Shown here: in pieces, positions 39,694 through 52,479 of the stretch | Position numbering within the stretch: position 1 is the first letter of the stretch | Layout: every line of letters starts with the position of its first letter | Origin: Glycera tridactyla | Taxonomy: Eukaryota | Assembly (NCBI GenBank): GCA_965644265.1 | Contig: OZ286461.1 | Coordinates: 99,138,001 to 99,202,000, forward strand | Direction: 5' to 3' | Length of the DNA: 64,000 bases | Made by a program: the position numbers and the translations under genes | Notes under the pieces: generated by a model | The model's input: only the letters and a program-made list of their open reading frames with translations | What the model was told of the DNA's origin: nothing | The model's database searches: none

Positions 39694-39893
39694 GACGGAC
39701 AGACAGACAGACAGACAGAATGAGAGACAGGCAGACAGTCAGACAAACGGACTGACAGACAGACAGGTGGGCAGGCAGGTAGGCAGACAGGCGGGTGGAC
39801 AGACAGACAGACAGAGGGAAAGACGGACAGACGGTTGGACAGGCAGACAGGCAGGCAGGCAGGCAGGTGGGCTGACAGGCAGACAGACGGATG

Positions 39894-39949
<56 letters not shown>

Positions 39950-40020
39950 GGCAGGCAGACAGACAGACAGACAAACAAACAGTCAGACAAGAAATGACAG
40001 ATACGCTAGCAGACAGACAA
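39694..40020. repeat. Imperfect (GACA/GGCA)n tetranucleotide microsatellite
   Basis: Direct reading; explains the DRQT/VCLS ORFs. Confidence 0.95.
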
Positions 40021-41899
40021 ATAGACGGAGAGTGGAAGTTGAGAGAGGCAAACGAGAGAGGCAGACGAACAATCACACGTACACACATACGCGCGCATTA
40101 TTCGAACATCATATCAGGTCAAAAGATGTGTTCGGATACACACATATTCATCTGGTGATTAAAGAGAGCCGCCATTTTGGAAATCAGCCATGGTGATATC
40201 GCGCCTCATTTCGGGTCGGATGAGAAGTGAAATTACATGAAAAACGCTCCAGTATTCATATCGGACAACAGACTTTGTGTCAATTTTAGTCGTAGAGAGG
40301 TATTTCCTCCATTATGTCCGGACGAGCGCCACTGGCTATCATAAGATGCTGTTGGTAGAGCATCTTTATTGTAGTGGCTTAGTGGGTGGAGTGTTGACCA
40401 GCATAGCGGAAGAATATCAATTTGTCGTCGCAACTCATCTCGCATGACATTTCAGGATTGAAATTGATCGCGTCACCACAATGACCCGGACAAGTCTATA
40501 TCTCCTGTAGGACTAGTAGCGGCCCGTATCTCAATATTGATTCAATGGGGCGAACAATCTAAATTCATCTGAATTCACATGTGCATGTGCAGACAATTCG
40601 ATTCAAATCTCTCCACTGTGGTACTGCTATCTCCAGCTCGAGGTCAGTCTCAGGTTTTTTTTTCATCTTTGCTTGTAATGGCGACATGTATCGGATCGAA
40701 ATGAAATTAAACTCATCAAATTCAAAACATGACGGACGCTATTTGTCACCATTGCGAATTCTCATACCATACATTCTGTCAGGAAGATAAACTTCAAATT
40801 CAAGAGCAGCAAACTCATCATAGAATTGATGAATAAGACTAGCTGATAATTCTGATAATCAGGCATGAGAGAGGTTGGCGTGAATGACTTGGTCAGCGTG
40901 GATCATAGTGTCGCGACAGGGGACAGAAATGTGCAATTTTCCAATTCAAGAAATCATGCACGCCAGATTGATATTTGTTTCTGAGAACTCTGTATGATTT
41001 TATGCCACAATGTATTGAGCTGTTTGACCCGTACTTCACAATAAAAGAGGCAGCATGGTATGGTTTCCACAATTAACCGGGATACGTGATATGATAGTGC
41101 GATGGTCAAGGCAATTTGGTACAGTCAATACAATGTATAGAGCAGCTTGGTTTGATCTCCGCAATACACTTGCGAGCTTGATATGCACTCCATGTTATCA
41201 AGGCCAACCTGGTGTGCTGTCCACAATATAAAGGGCAGCTCATCCCCCCCCCCCCCCCTCAGCATACACGCACATGCCAGCACAAGAGAAGATTTTCAAA
41301 ATTCAATCGCAGACAGAGGGCTACATGTTGCCAAGCTTAGATCTGTCACCCATATATAGATACAAGGATCACTGGGAAGATCAGTGCCCCGGGCTCTGAC
41401 GGTGGTGATGATCAATTAAAAGGTCGAAACAAACGACCAAACAAACAAGAGAGCTTGGTATGGTTTCAACAGTGCACAGGGAAGTCTGTTGACAGCAACA
41501 TCATCGCTGATGAGACAATATGGTATCTATATAGCACTGGCTGTGTGTAGGGTGGTTTGCAGGGGAAGGTGGGTCCAGATATCGACTGAATTTGAATTAG
41601 GATGCTGTAGCTTGCTGTCAATAATGCGCGTGCAGAGATTCGATTTGATTAGATGAGGTTAGTTGACATGCGTATAGGTGTGTATGCCAGGAACGGAACC
41701 ACCCAGCCGTATATAACACATATGGATCGATGTCCACATGTCAATAGTCCCATGTAAACACATTGCATGTCAAAAGCGCTGGTCTGGCACCAGAGATCCA
41801 TTTTGTGCCAACCGATTCATTCCAGTTTGACCGCTTTACTTCTGAAATATAGATCACCTTTTCCATATATAGGCATCGTGTCTAGTAAGGCACAACTAG

Positions 41900-42300
41900 C
41901 CACATAGATTGGTCTGCCTTATAGACGCCTGTCAGTTATGATGGTGTTGCTGGATGTGATTAGTTGGATGGTTGTTTGACTCTTGAATGAAGGAATAGAT
42001 GGATAGAACGATAGTTCCGGAGACCACATCTAGCGACAAGTACGCAATATGACTGATGTTGGTTGCGGCTGTGATGGTGGGCCGATTAGAACATCATATA
42101 TGAAATTAATCACATATACGTTTTGAACATATTAAACAAGATAGGTAATAGAATGATGCTCCCGAAAACAGGGCAAATGATGTTGAGGTTGAGAATACGT
42201 ACAAGTGTTTGAGTGTTGCTGTCCGGTAATATATGGAGGACTAGCCGTAGCCCGTGTAATACACGGATGTATTCTCCCGCTTCGCTCCCTTGAAGCATTT
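41900..42300 (-). pseudogene. Degenerate LINE RT remnant
   Basis: ICPVFGSIILLPILFNMF (GVPQGSILGPxLF-like) in ORF 42110-42298. Confidence 0.4.
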
Positions 42301-42516
42301 AAACAGAAAATCTTAAATGCAGTTTCAAATTGCCAGTCTAATCTGTCCTGAAAACCTTCTACCCTTCCTATGGAACCACTTTTGCGAAGTGATGGGTGCT
42401 TGAATGTGACTCAAGAAGTGACTCCTGGAATATATGCCAGCAACAATTTACTGTTTCAATCATCAGCAAACTGAGTGAATTTAGGGTCAACAAATCAGGT
42501 CACACGTACGCACGCA

Positions 42517-42517
<1 letters not shown>

Positions 42518-42564
<47 letters not shown>
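42518..42564. repeat. (AC)n microsatellite
   Basis: Direct reading. Confidence 0.95.
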
Positions 42565-42566
<2 letters not shown>

Positions 42567-42814
42567 TGATGGCAAGGAGGATGCAGCTACCCCTTCTCCT
42601 CACTGTCAATTATTGGGGTGGGTGGATGTAGGCCTGCTGATGCTGGTAGGGTACAGCTAGTGAGAGGACAGCTGTATGTGCGCACCAAGAGGTTTCTGGC
42701 ACACCCCTCTCAGCCAACTGATGGTGCCTACACCCACATCCACTCACTCACCCCAACTGAACAGTGCTTCACTTGCCTTCCCCCTGCCTCCTAATTGCCC
42801 TCATCCAAACCGAC

Positions 42815-45800
42815 AGGGGGGGGGGGGGTCATAGCTGGTTCCTGTTATTGATACAAACATAAACATCAAAGGTGCAATCACCCGACATCGAAGTGATGAG
42901 TTTCACTCTCAATTTGTACAAAGCCCGCCCCACCCATTACTTTTTAGTTTACAGACCACCTGATGGGTGTGTAGATAATGCACTATCACTATTTGAGTCA
43001 CTTATGACAGATGCCTCTCTGAAGCTCCCAGCAGACTCTGTCATACTTGGCAACACCAACATCAACACTCTGAATACAGAGAGCCACAAATGCAAGTCCT
43101 ATGCACTCTTCTGTGAAAAAGTTGGGATCACACAGCTTATTTGCAATCCGACAAGAGTCCAACAGAGTTCCACAACGTGTATTGACCACCTGGCAGTAAG
43201 TAGGCCTGAATATTATTGGCGCTCAGGAATATTAGACCCTGGTTTGAGCGACCATCAACTAATCTTCGTAGCACCCAATCGCCAAAAACTGTCCTGCATC
43301 AGACATGAGATATCTAACAGATTATATAGAAAATTTGATGCAAATTATTTCACTGAAGAATTAGCATCAACAGATTGGAGTAACGTTTTCGAATCTGATG
43401 ATATTGACCTTGCTGCCATGTCTTTCATGTCTACCTTTGTGAATATTATGAATAATCATGCACCTAAAAAGAGTCTCTTGGCCAAAAGTGATCACCAACC
43501 ATGGGTGACTCCAGAATATGTAGCCCCGATTGCCTTCTGCAAAGCCAGGTCCAAACGCAATAATGACCACCCATCCGAATACAACAGTGCTATGAGGCAT
43601 GAATCATTGCGATTTAAAACCCGGATGAAGAAGCGTCTAAAATGTTCCTATATTGCCAACTGCTTGCAAGATGCCGGTAATGATTGTAGAAAGATATGGA
43701 AAGAGATCAAACGATTTCGGCCCTTAAGCCAGAAAGCCCCAGTTCTTCCCCGCAGTGATGGCTACGATCAGAACAAATGTCCAATTGAAGAACAAGTCAA
43801 TGAATACTTTACTAATGTTGGTGTCAAGCTTGCCGAGCAAATCAGCCCTGTACAGGGTGCAGACCATTCTGTGGAAGGTAGTCATGTAGATGCCGACACA
43901 CATTTCTCACTGGCAGAAATCTTTCCCAATGATATCAGCAAGTTCATAATGGATTTGAGCAACTCCTCAGCCTCTGGCTAGGATGAAATTACAAGTTATT
44001 TCTTAAAGATATCCTCGGAAGTGATCAGCCCTATTTTGACGTATATCTTCAACCTATCACTTACTCAGAATGTCTTCCCAGCCAGATGGAAAGAGGCCGT
44101 GGTCACTATTATTCATGAAGGAGGCTCAACCAAGGACTTTGGCAACTTTCGTCCGATCTCATTATCACCTGCACTAGGGAAGCTGTTAGAGAAAGTCATT
44201 CACTCTCAAATAACTGATCATATAAATACACACAATATTCTCAACACTGCTCAATTCGGGTTCAGGAAGGGGTTCTCAACTGGGTCGTGCCTCGTCGGTC
44301 TCCTGGACAAAATATATCAGGGGGCTGATGAGGGTCGAGTTGGTGCAGTCCTCTTCCTGGACCTGAAAAAAGCAGTTGATACTGTGGATCATGATCGCTT
44401 AATACGTGAGTTGAAAAGCCTGGGTTTTGATGAGTCAAGCTTACTATGGATGGCCTCATACCTCTCCGACAGAAGTCAAGCTATCAAAGTAGGCAACTCT
44501 GTCTCCAGTCAGCTACCTATTAAGTACAGTGTCCCCCAGGGGTCCATTCTTGGCCCCTATTATCTATACTGTACGTCAATGACATTAGTAGCTGCCTGGA
44601 ACACACCTTTCCCTTTTTATACGCTGATGACATAGCGTTGTTAGTATTGGGCAAATCTGTCAACGAGGTTGAGGCAAAACTGAATCTCGATCTGTCCATC
44701 ATTTCTAACTGGTTTAAGAGTAGAAAGCTCACCCTGAACTTAAAAAAATCGAATGTCATGTTGTTTGGGACGGAGCAGCGTCTCCGTAGGTGTCGACAGC
44801 TCGCCGTTAAATATAACAGTCAGCCGGTTCATCAAGTTGAATGTTATGAATATTTGGGTATTCAGATGGACCCCACCTTGTCATTTAAAAACCATGTCAA
44901 TTACCTGGTGAGGAAAGTGAACTTTAGAAGACGAGCTTTATACTATCTCCACCCTTCCATTAGTGAGGAACTCTCTCTATTCTTATATCACAACCTTATA
45001 GATCTGCTATATACATACCTGGACTTTGTTTATGATGCTTGTTCTGTGTCTCTGAGCAGGCGGCTCCAGGTCTCGCAAAATCGCTGTCTAAGTGTAATAG
45101 ATGAGAAGGGGTGGAGCTACTCTGCCAGTGACTTACATTCGACTCTTGGAGTCGCCTACCTGAAAGACTCTCGTCATCGCAATACTATCATTGAGGTATT
45201 TCGCACCATGCACAATAACAACTTGCCCATCTCTGACCTATTTACCTTTGCAATGCCCAGAGATGAAGGACCAAAAACGAGGTCCAACAGTTTGATTAGG
45301 CAGAATAAGTTGCTATCCATGCCCGCCACTCACCTTCGTTTTAGCGATGGCAATTTCCGCGTCAAAGTATTGGAACGGCTCCAGCATAGATGTTAGAACA
45401 TGTGACAGTCTGTCAGGGATTAAGCAACTTTTGAGACCAATCACCATTTGAAGTCAACTTGGCTCAGAAAGTGAGCCGCCTCCTGATCTCTACCCTTATC
45501 TACATATGAATTATATCCCCCTTAGAGGGCACTCCATCGAGACAGACTTTCCCATGTTCTTGATCGATATATCCTTTGTGCTTGAATATGTCAACTTGAT
45601 CCTCTATGCCTCTATTATAGAAATGCTGATACGTATACCTATATATAAATATATGTACAACTGAAATAAAATTGTATAATATTAATGTAACTACTGCTAA
45701 CGTTCTCAATATGTATCTTTGTACTTAGTTGCATAAGCACTTAATATGACCCGACTGGGTCTGGTGTAAATATTGTATCGTACCTCTTATGCAATAAAAG

Positions 45801-45827
45801 ATTTTCTGATTCTGATTCTCATTCTGA
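42815..45827 (+). mobile_element. Best-preserved CR1/L2-group LINE: 5'-truncated, most of ORF2, 3'UTR, AATAAA, (ATTCTG)n tail
   Basis: APE motifs VYRPP, PTRV...CIDHL, LSDHQLI; RT motifs NFRPISL, QFGFRKGFST, FLDLKKAVDTVDH, VPQGSILGP, YADD, YLGIQMD; AATAAA at 45793-45798, then imperfect (ATTCTG)n to 45827. Confidence 0.95.
42872..45396 (+). pseudogene. LINE ORF2 (APE endonuclease + reverse transcriptase), disabled
   Basis: In-frame TAG at 43979-43981 (SASG*DEI); 1-nt frameshift just after GP at ~44558 (restored frame LLSILYVNDISSCLEHTFPFLYADDIAL); APE GDFN motif reads GNTN. Confidence 0.93.
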
Positions 45828-46548
45828 CACTTGGGTTAACACCAGACTCATCCCAAATGAATCTGATTTCACTGGTTAGGAGGGCACTCTCATGACATGC
45901 AAATGTGCCAGACAGCAAGACAAATATGGAAGTAAGGAGAATTGCAGTCCAAGATGGCTGCCAGTAGGTGCAAAAGTGTAAGGACATACAGCATGCATGT
46001 ATGGTCGAATCAAGTACAGATACAGCTAACCTGGTTATTTAACCATTATGTGTGCATACGCAATGAGGAGTGTCTCCCCAACTCAGATGCGTCAGAAGGT
46101 CTCAGATAGTTCATCGTTCAATACTGGTCGGACGTCAATACTTGCATTCATCCTAAGTACGAGGCGATATATTCGTGTACCTTCCAAGACGTAGTTGCTG
46201 GATCGAATTCACAATGAGATTTAGCGAGTCTCTGACAGCTTAAACCTGCTGAAGCATAATTATCCTCTGCTCAGACAGAGATATGCAACTGATTGAAAAA
46301 TAATTCAGATAGTGATTTTGGATGGTGTTATGACTGTGATATCCACCACGTCACAAATAATGAGCAGTTCATGTCCAAAACACGATTACTGAGCCGAAAC
46401 GGTCGAATGCGTACATGCACGGAACACCCGGTCCAGTCAAGCGTGTGCATCGGGTGAAATATAGCAAGAAACCATGAGGTATGGTCCCGACAAGTTACAC
46501 ACTTTCAGCCGCGTAGCTTATTCAGGCGAAACATACAGAATGGTGCAT

Positions 46549-46650
46549 GTAGTAGTAGTAGTAGTAGTAATTTCTTTATTTTAATTCGTCTCACATACAT
46601 TATAATTCAATAGCTCACATATTATATAATACAATATAAAGAAAAATAAA
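46549..46650 (-). mobile_element. Isolated LINE/SINE-type 3' terminus with (TAC)n tail
   Basis: Minus strand GAGACGAATTAAAATAAAGAAATTACTACTACTACTACTAC; shares GACGAA..AATAAA with the 2191 and 8430 termini. Confidence 0.5.
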
Positions 46651-46793
46651 TCTGCATGTGTTTGTTGTCTATACCCTGGATAAAAGGGCGTTCTCAGACT
46701 GCATAACTGTCAGGACAATACCCATGGTTTCTTGCTTATAGACCACGAATTCGAGAGAGAGGGGGGGGGAGAGAGCGAGAAAGAGAGAGTGAA

Positions 46794-46795
<2 letters not shown>

Positions 46796-46843
<48 letters not shown>
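46796..46843. repeat. (GA)n microsatellite
   Basis: Direct reading. Confidence 0.95.
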
Positions 46844-46844
<1 letters not shown>

Positions 46845-47199
46845 GGGCGCCAAATTTGAGGATCGTGCACAACCTGGAAGGTGCTTTCGGGCAAAAACCA
46901 TAGGATCTGTTGAGAGCCCCTCCTTACACACACGACGTCGCCTGGGGCTATCATGACGGCTCAAAAGAGGCGCTGCTTCGCTAACTATTGTTGATTAACT
47001 TCACTTCGGCCCTTATCATCCCATGGTCGTTGTCGTCGCGAGTCTCGTGTCTGTGCATTATGACGTAGACATGTATCAGTGGTCCTGACAGCTTATATTC
47101 CATACCCTTATTTCCAAGGCCAGCTGGTGGTATATCCTCTCTGTGTGGTCAACACATTCCCGTGATACACATTAGAGGCGTTCAGTGAGCTACAACCCT

Positions 47200-50000
47200 G
47201 TCAGAGTGGCACAACTAACAAAACTTTTAGTGTGCACAAGACTGACTGAAATTATTCCAATAGTGAGGATGAAGAACATACCCATGCTGAACAACCCATG
47301 CTTCATCATTTATCGGAGAATAGGGTGTTACAGAAGAGATGAGAAGATACGTAAGTGAATCTGCCAAGTGAATGGATTTGTGCGTGTGAAATATACGGAT
47401 ATGAAATTGATATAGATGTTCGTCGGGATGAGACGATTCATATTTGCCATCCATCTTCTGCAGCTATCTATTCAGATAGGCGTCTTCATGCTTCGAATCT
47501 TATTCATCTGATGAAGATATATCATTTGACACATCCCCCGGTGTGTTTTACATATAGAAATCACATCTCATAGCATTAACTCCCGCTTAAATATTCAACG
47601 ATATATAGATATTATTCAGACTTGGAATGTACACCGGACCGGAAAACATCTATCTTGTTCATACATGATCTTGATGGCTGACTCGATTTATATCAGCATT
47701 GCGTGTCATTTTATTCACTTCTCTCCTGATTCTTCAGCGAAGCTGATTCAGGTCTGGGTATAGCTTGTCCGCAGGGAATGTCGTTATTATGTACATAGCG
47801 GGTGCCAAGTACACGAGTTTCGTGTTACTCAGGCTATGACTTGATTTGTGGGAGATGTGGTAGAATCCATAACGCGAAGATGCTTTGAACTTTACCTTTT
47901 GCTGTTGAACACAAAGTTGAGATTATCTAGAACCTAAACGTTCATGTACTGTGCATTGTGCGGGAGCATCGCTGTGGAGTTGAGTGTCATCTCTCACCTG
48001 AGAATGCCATATAAATGGTCCATCGGACTATTTGATGTGGATGAAGGTATGTTCGATCTGACAGCTACTTTTGCATGACCACCCTTCCGGTTACCCATCA
48101 CCTTGTTCCATGTTGTATGAGAGTGCAGCTTGAAAGGGATACAGCATTATGCCCTTGAAGATCGAGAACACGTAGCGTGTATAGCCCTAAAGAATGAATA
48201 TATATCTCACAGTACAATGTTAACAGATCGGATTCGATATTCTGCAAATAATTTTGAACGTCAGAAAAGCAAATGAAGCTTTTATTGCCAGGAAGTGTCT
48301 CATATTAGTTAGATTACAGCAGCGAATACATGAAATATATATGCCATATCTCTTGGATCCCTCGTGCATCTTGCGTAGGATATGAGTTCTTCGTCTAGTC
48401 AGAATCGTGGGCATGCAAATAGAAGGCATAAACACTAATCAGCATATCAACCCGTGCCATCACTATAGGGAATCCGAATGGTATGATTCTGTTAGCTATC
48501 TCTAGCCTCCACTCGCACTTTGAAATATCAGTAAAAGTGATAAATTTGCATTGTTCAACAGGCAAGAGGAGAGCGTTGACGGAGGACAATATATCATTCT
48601 CTGTGCTTCTCAGAGACCAGCTTTCATGTGGCATCACAAGGCAGCAGAGTGTGGATCAAATGAAACGTAACTCGAAACAGCGCAGGACATTCCACCTTAC
48701 ATATTACCCATTGTCAGTTTGCAGAACATCTGCCTTTTTGAGACTGGGTCATCAACCACAAGTGATAAACGAGTGGTAATCCTACCCAAGCCATCCATCC
48801 TCAAAATAGCTGCGTTAACAATAGGCCATCGAATCTGCTTTTAGGCATGATGTATGATGTGAACGAGTGGCTGGGTCAAAACACTTCATCAATTCGGTCA
48901 CTTTGTTATCTTCATTCAATGTTGGAACGAGAGATCATTCATTTTTTTTTTTCGAAAAACCATATTTCTCATTGTTCATTCATTGTTTGTTCCTCTATTG
49001 TGAAAGTCAGAATCGTGATCCTTTTACATGGTCTTACATGAAAGTTAGGAAGCGAAATCTGTCAACAATATAAGCGGTGTTGCACAAGAAAATACATCAG
49101 TGAAAACATTCTCCGAAAGAAGATGTGTAGGGGATTACGTTACATATCAGTACTTCACGGAAGAAGATGGAGGCAGTGAAAATGTAACCGATTTTCTGTT
49201 ATGACTGTTCATCCGAAAAAATGGACTCTTCTATCATATATAGTCATGTGCTACCTTGATAAGTCCATTCAAGGTCACGTTGACAACATCCACGTGTCAT
49301 AAAAGGGGCTGATCGACTGTCCGTAGATGCAAGTCCTAACAGGGTTTCAACCTAGGTTAATGATGAAGACGAGTCACTCTAACGATGGAATATTTATAAT
49401 CATCAAGATGTCAACGTATGGTAAGTCGGACATCCGGTCACATTTATAGTCGCCAGAGACGGCAACAAATCTTGCTCATAGGCTTTCATTTCAATTACAA
49501 ATTGAGAGAGAAATGTACACGTCAGGTATCAACATTAAACACCTCACCAGGCCGATAGCGAGATTTGAGCGGCCAGTGAATGGGAATGTGGAGGGTCACG
49601 CGAGCATGTTAAGATTTGACTAGATTTGGAAACGTGAAAATGGTGCAAAGTCGTCGCAATCGAATTTAGATATGACGAAATGAACCCTTCGATTTCGTAT
49701 CTCATTGATAGGGTTGACCTTAAAGTATCGTACGTCTAGGTATCTCAACATGTATAGGATGCATTCGCATCCGAGAGGAGTCAAGTATGGGGATGGGACT
49801 GAAGAGGGAATACAGTTCTGATCATGATTCCAGCCGAACGCCATATCATGTGACGTGTGAATGGACAGAATTATCAATGAAAATGGCATGAGAAATGATG
49901 GAACTAACAGTGTCCGTGAGGATTCGAGATTGAATAGGCAGACAGGACTGCTGGCAGAAACTTTCAGAAGAACAACATCAATCGTCAATGTGAACTCTTG
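47200..50000 (-). pseudogene. Old LINE ORF2 remnant (linker, RT, C-terminus)
   Basis: VHFVISKFD (YRKFD-like, ORF 49620-49988); LRSTENDILSSVNALL...FTDISK (RSTExA...FxDLSKAFD-like, ORF 48395-48637); VLHPHY (ILPHF-like, ORF 47227-47454), in the expected order. Confidence 0.55.
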
Positions 50001-50559
50001 CTAAGAAGTGGTTATTTCTCGTTGTATCATGCAATCACCCTGACTCGAGGATAATCACCTGTCTAGTATGCGTAATTGAGATTCTCTCTAAGCCTCCAGG
50101 CACACAATCAGGAGACGACCCAATACCCACTATGTGTAGTGACAAGCTTGATCGCAAAGCCATATCTACTCTACTGGCGTTTGATTGCTGGATTGGTCCG
50201 TTTATTTGTTTGGTGGCATGTATGAGGTCATCGGATTGTGCGTAATATTTCATCCAAATCCTTCAAAGTTAGGTGCGTTCGTCATCTGCGAATATCACTC
50301 ACGTATCAGGGATAGGCGATGATAGGGAATCAGGAAGGTTGTTACCTGGGAGGAATAATAGGTGAACATTTTCTTATCTAATCATGTGTATATGTATGTA
50401 GTTGACAAATTGAAATAAAGAGGATTGAATCAATCAATCATTCAATCGAAAGATCTATATGGCAAGATGACATATCTCACTAGGTGGCGGATAGGTAGCA
50501 AACACGGTACGGATGCAATGTTTTTCAACAAACGCAAGGCACAAACAAGCGCCAGTGCG

Positions 50560-51450
50560 CACATAGGAGTATCAATACAACATGATGTAGAACAATACAA
50601 TACAGGGCGATTGAACATGATAGAACACAATAGAATACAACACGATATAGTAGGACGAATTCAGTACAAAAAGGTGAGATACGGTGCTGTATGACACCAT
50701 ACGTTACAATACGATGCAATACACAACATGATACAGTAGGACGAATTCAGTACAATACGGTGAGATACGGTGCTGTATGACACCTTATCATCCGATATAG
50801 AGTCGAGTGGGTATTTTCACGCCGTCTACCCTCCCGCCTCGCTGCCGTGCTTTAATTCGATAGCGTAAATCACGTGTTGTTTACGCTTACTCGAACAGCG
50901 AAACAATCAAGGTCAAGGGTCAACTGGTTGTGTCGCTCGTTCGATCAGTATCGCGTCACGGCAGATGTTAGGAGGGATACCTCTACAAGATCACCATATC
51001 TAAGCAACCAGTGGTTCGATTTTCACAATCTAAACACCAAATTGAAGCTGATTCATTATTCTATTCATATATTAGATGATAAGTCCAGAATGCTTCTTGT
51101 GCCGTGTACGTGGAGTCTGTAAACGCCTCGTAGCGATCCCCGGGAACGCACTCGTGGCCTCCGGCTACTCGCGCGTCCCCGGGGATCGCTACTCGGCGTT
51201 TACGGTCTCCACGTACCCGGCACTCGACGCATTCTTTCTAAATACGTTGCAATATGATGCAATACACAACACGATACAGTAGGACGAATTCAGTACAATA
51301 CGGAGAGATACGATGCTGTATGACGCCATACGTTACAATACGATGCAATACACAACATGATACAGTAGGACGAATTCAGTACAATACGGTGAGATACGAT
51401 GCTGTATGACGCCATACACTACAATACGATGCAATACAAAACAATGTGAT
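50560..51450. repeat. 86-bp minisatellite built on ATACA/ATACG-like pentamers, split by a 457-bp insertion
   Basis: TAGGACGAATTCAG recurs at 50651, 50737, 51280 and 51366 (86-bp period on each side); the unit sequence ...GACACC|ATACG... is interrupted between 50784 and 51242. Confidence 0.9.
50785..51241. mobile_element. 457-bp unclassified insertion ending in a 149-bp hairpin (51087-51235)
   Basis: Clean interruption of a satellite monomer; arms AGAATGC/GCATTCT, GTGCCG/CGGCAC, GTACGTGGAG/CTCCACGTAC, GTAAACGCC/GGCGTTTAC, GTAGCGATCCCCGGG/CCCGGGGATCGCTAC. Confidence 0.65.
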
Positions 51451-52479
51451 TCAATTGACTGCCATTTGTCACAACATGGTCCAGTTCGAAGCACCCGGAG
51501 ACTGGCCGGCTTGATTGTTACAGGCTAGCTGACTTGTTGCTCTGACGTCGTCCAATAAAACTTATTTCCCCACAGCACACCGTGACATAACCTATATTTA
51601 GCACCCCACAGGTCTTTCTGTAGGGACACATTCCAAAACAACGTCAATTGAGGGCTCCCTCGCCATGATGGATGTTCCTCACAGCGAATTGGTCCTTTGG
51701 TCCAGTGCTTACCGGTCTTTGAATTATCTGTATATCCTCCTCACAACATTGAATGAAATCGACAATATATCGTCACCTCGCTATCGTTTACCTGCGAATA
51801 CCTGAGTGATATCCAAGATAATACAGTGTATCAATTTGGTTGTTCACAGATATTGTGATATGTTATCTCGATAAAATTGAATATTCAAATTCATATTCAA
51901 ACATACTTTTTTCAAACTTGTAACATATTTACAAAGAAATGAACCACGGTTTGATCACAGAGCATTCTCCAGGGGCAACGAGTAAGGACAACCTACAGGT
52001 TGATAGAATGCTGAGCACACATTGGTATCTATATTCATAGAGACATATTAGATACATGAGAGACAATGCATACCACATATGTATCAGACCCAGTTTGCAG
52101 CTGAATGATCAGACTTCGGTCTGAACTTCTATATATCACTGCTCTTTATTCCTCTGTACTGGGATGTTCTCACCCAGTAAAAAGAATACAGATAAGTGCA
52201 TGCCCAAAAGACCTCTTGTGAGAAAGTGTGGCGGGTTGTGACGCGATAACGGCCCATAACATTGTGTAACCCAGGACAAGCGCAGCTGTCAGTCGGTATT
52301 GACGAGCATAGAAACCAAATGAGAACTGGTGCTTTTCAGGTCAATCAGGCCAATATTGATATATCTAACATTTCTACTACCGCTACCACTACCACTAGAA
52401 ATCTGCTTAAGTTAGCATAAATCAGTGTATCCTGGCGGTTTGATGGAAGTGTATCGATAATGTTCATCAGATAAAGGTT

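Noticed and set aside
39690-40196. Several 76-132 aa ORFs (DRQT.../VCLS...)
   Set aside because: Translations of a (GACA)n microsatellite.
46843-47100. E2F/CHR-like GGCGCCAAATTTGA next to (GA)n as a promoter
   Set aside because: Single short motif with no downstream exon or ORF; cannot be supported from sequence alone.
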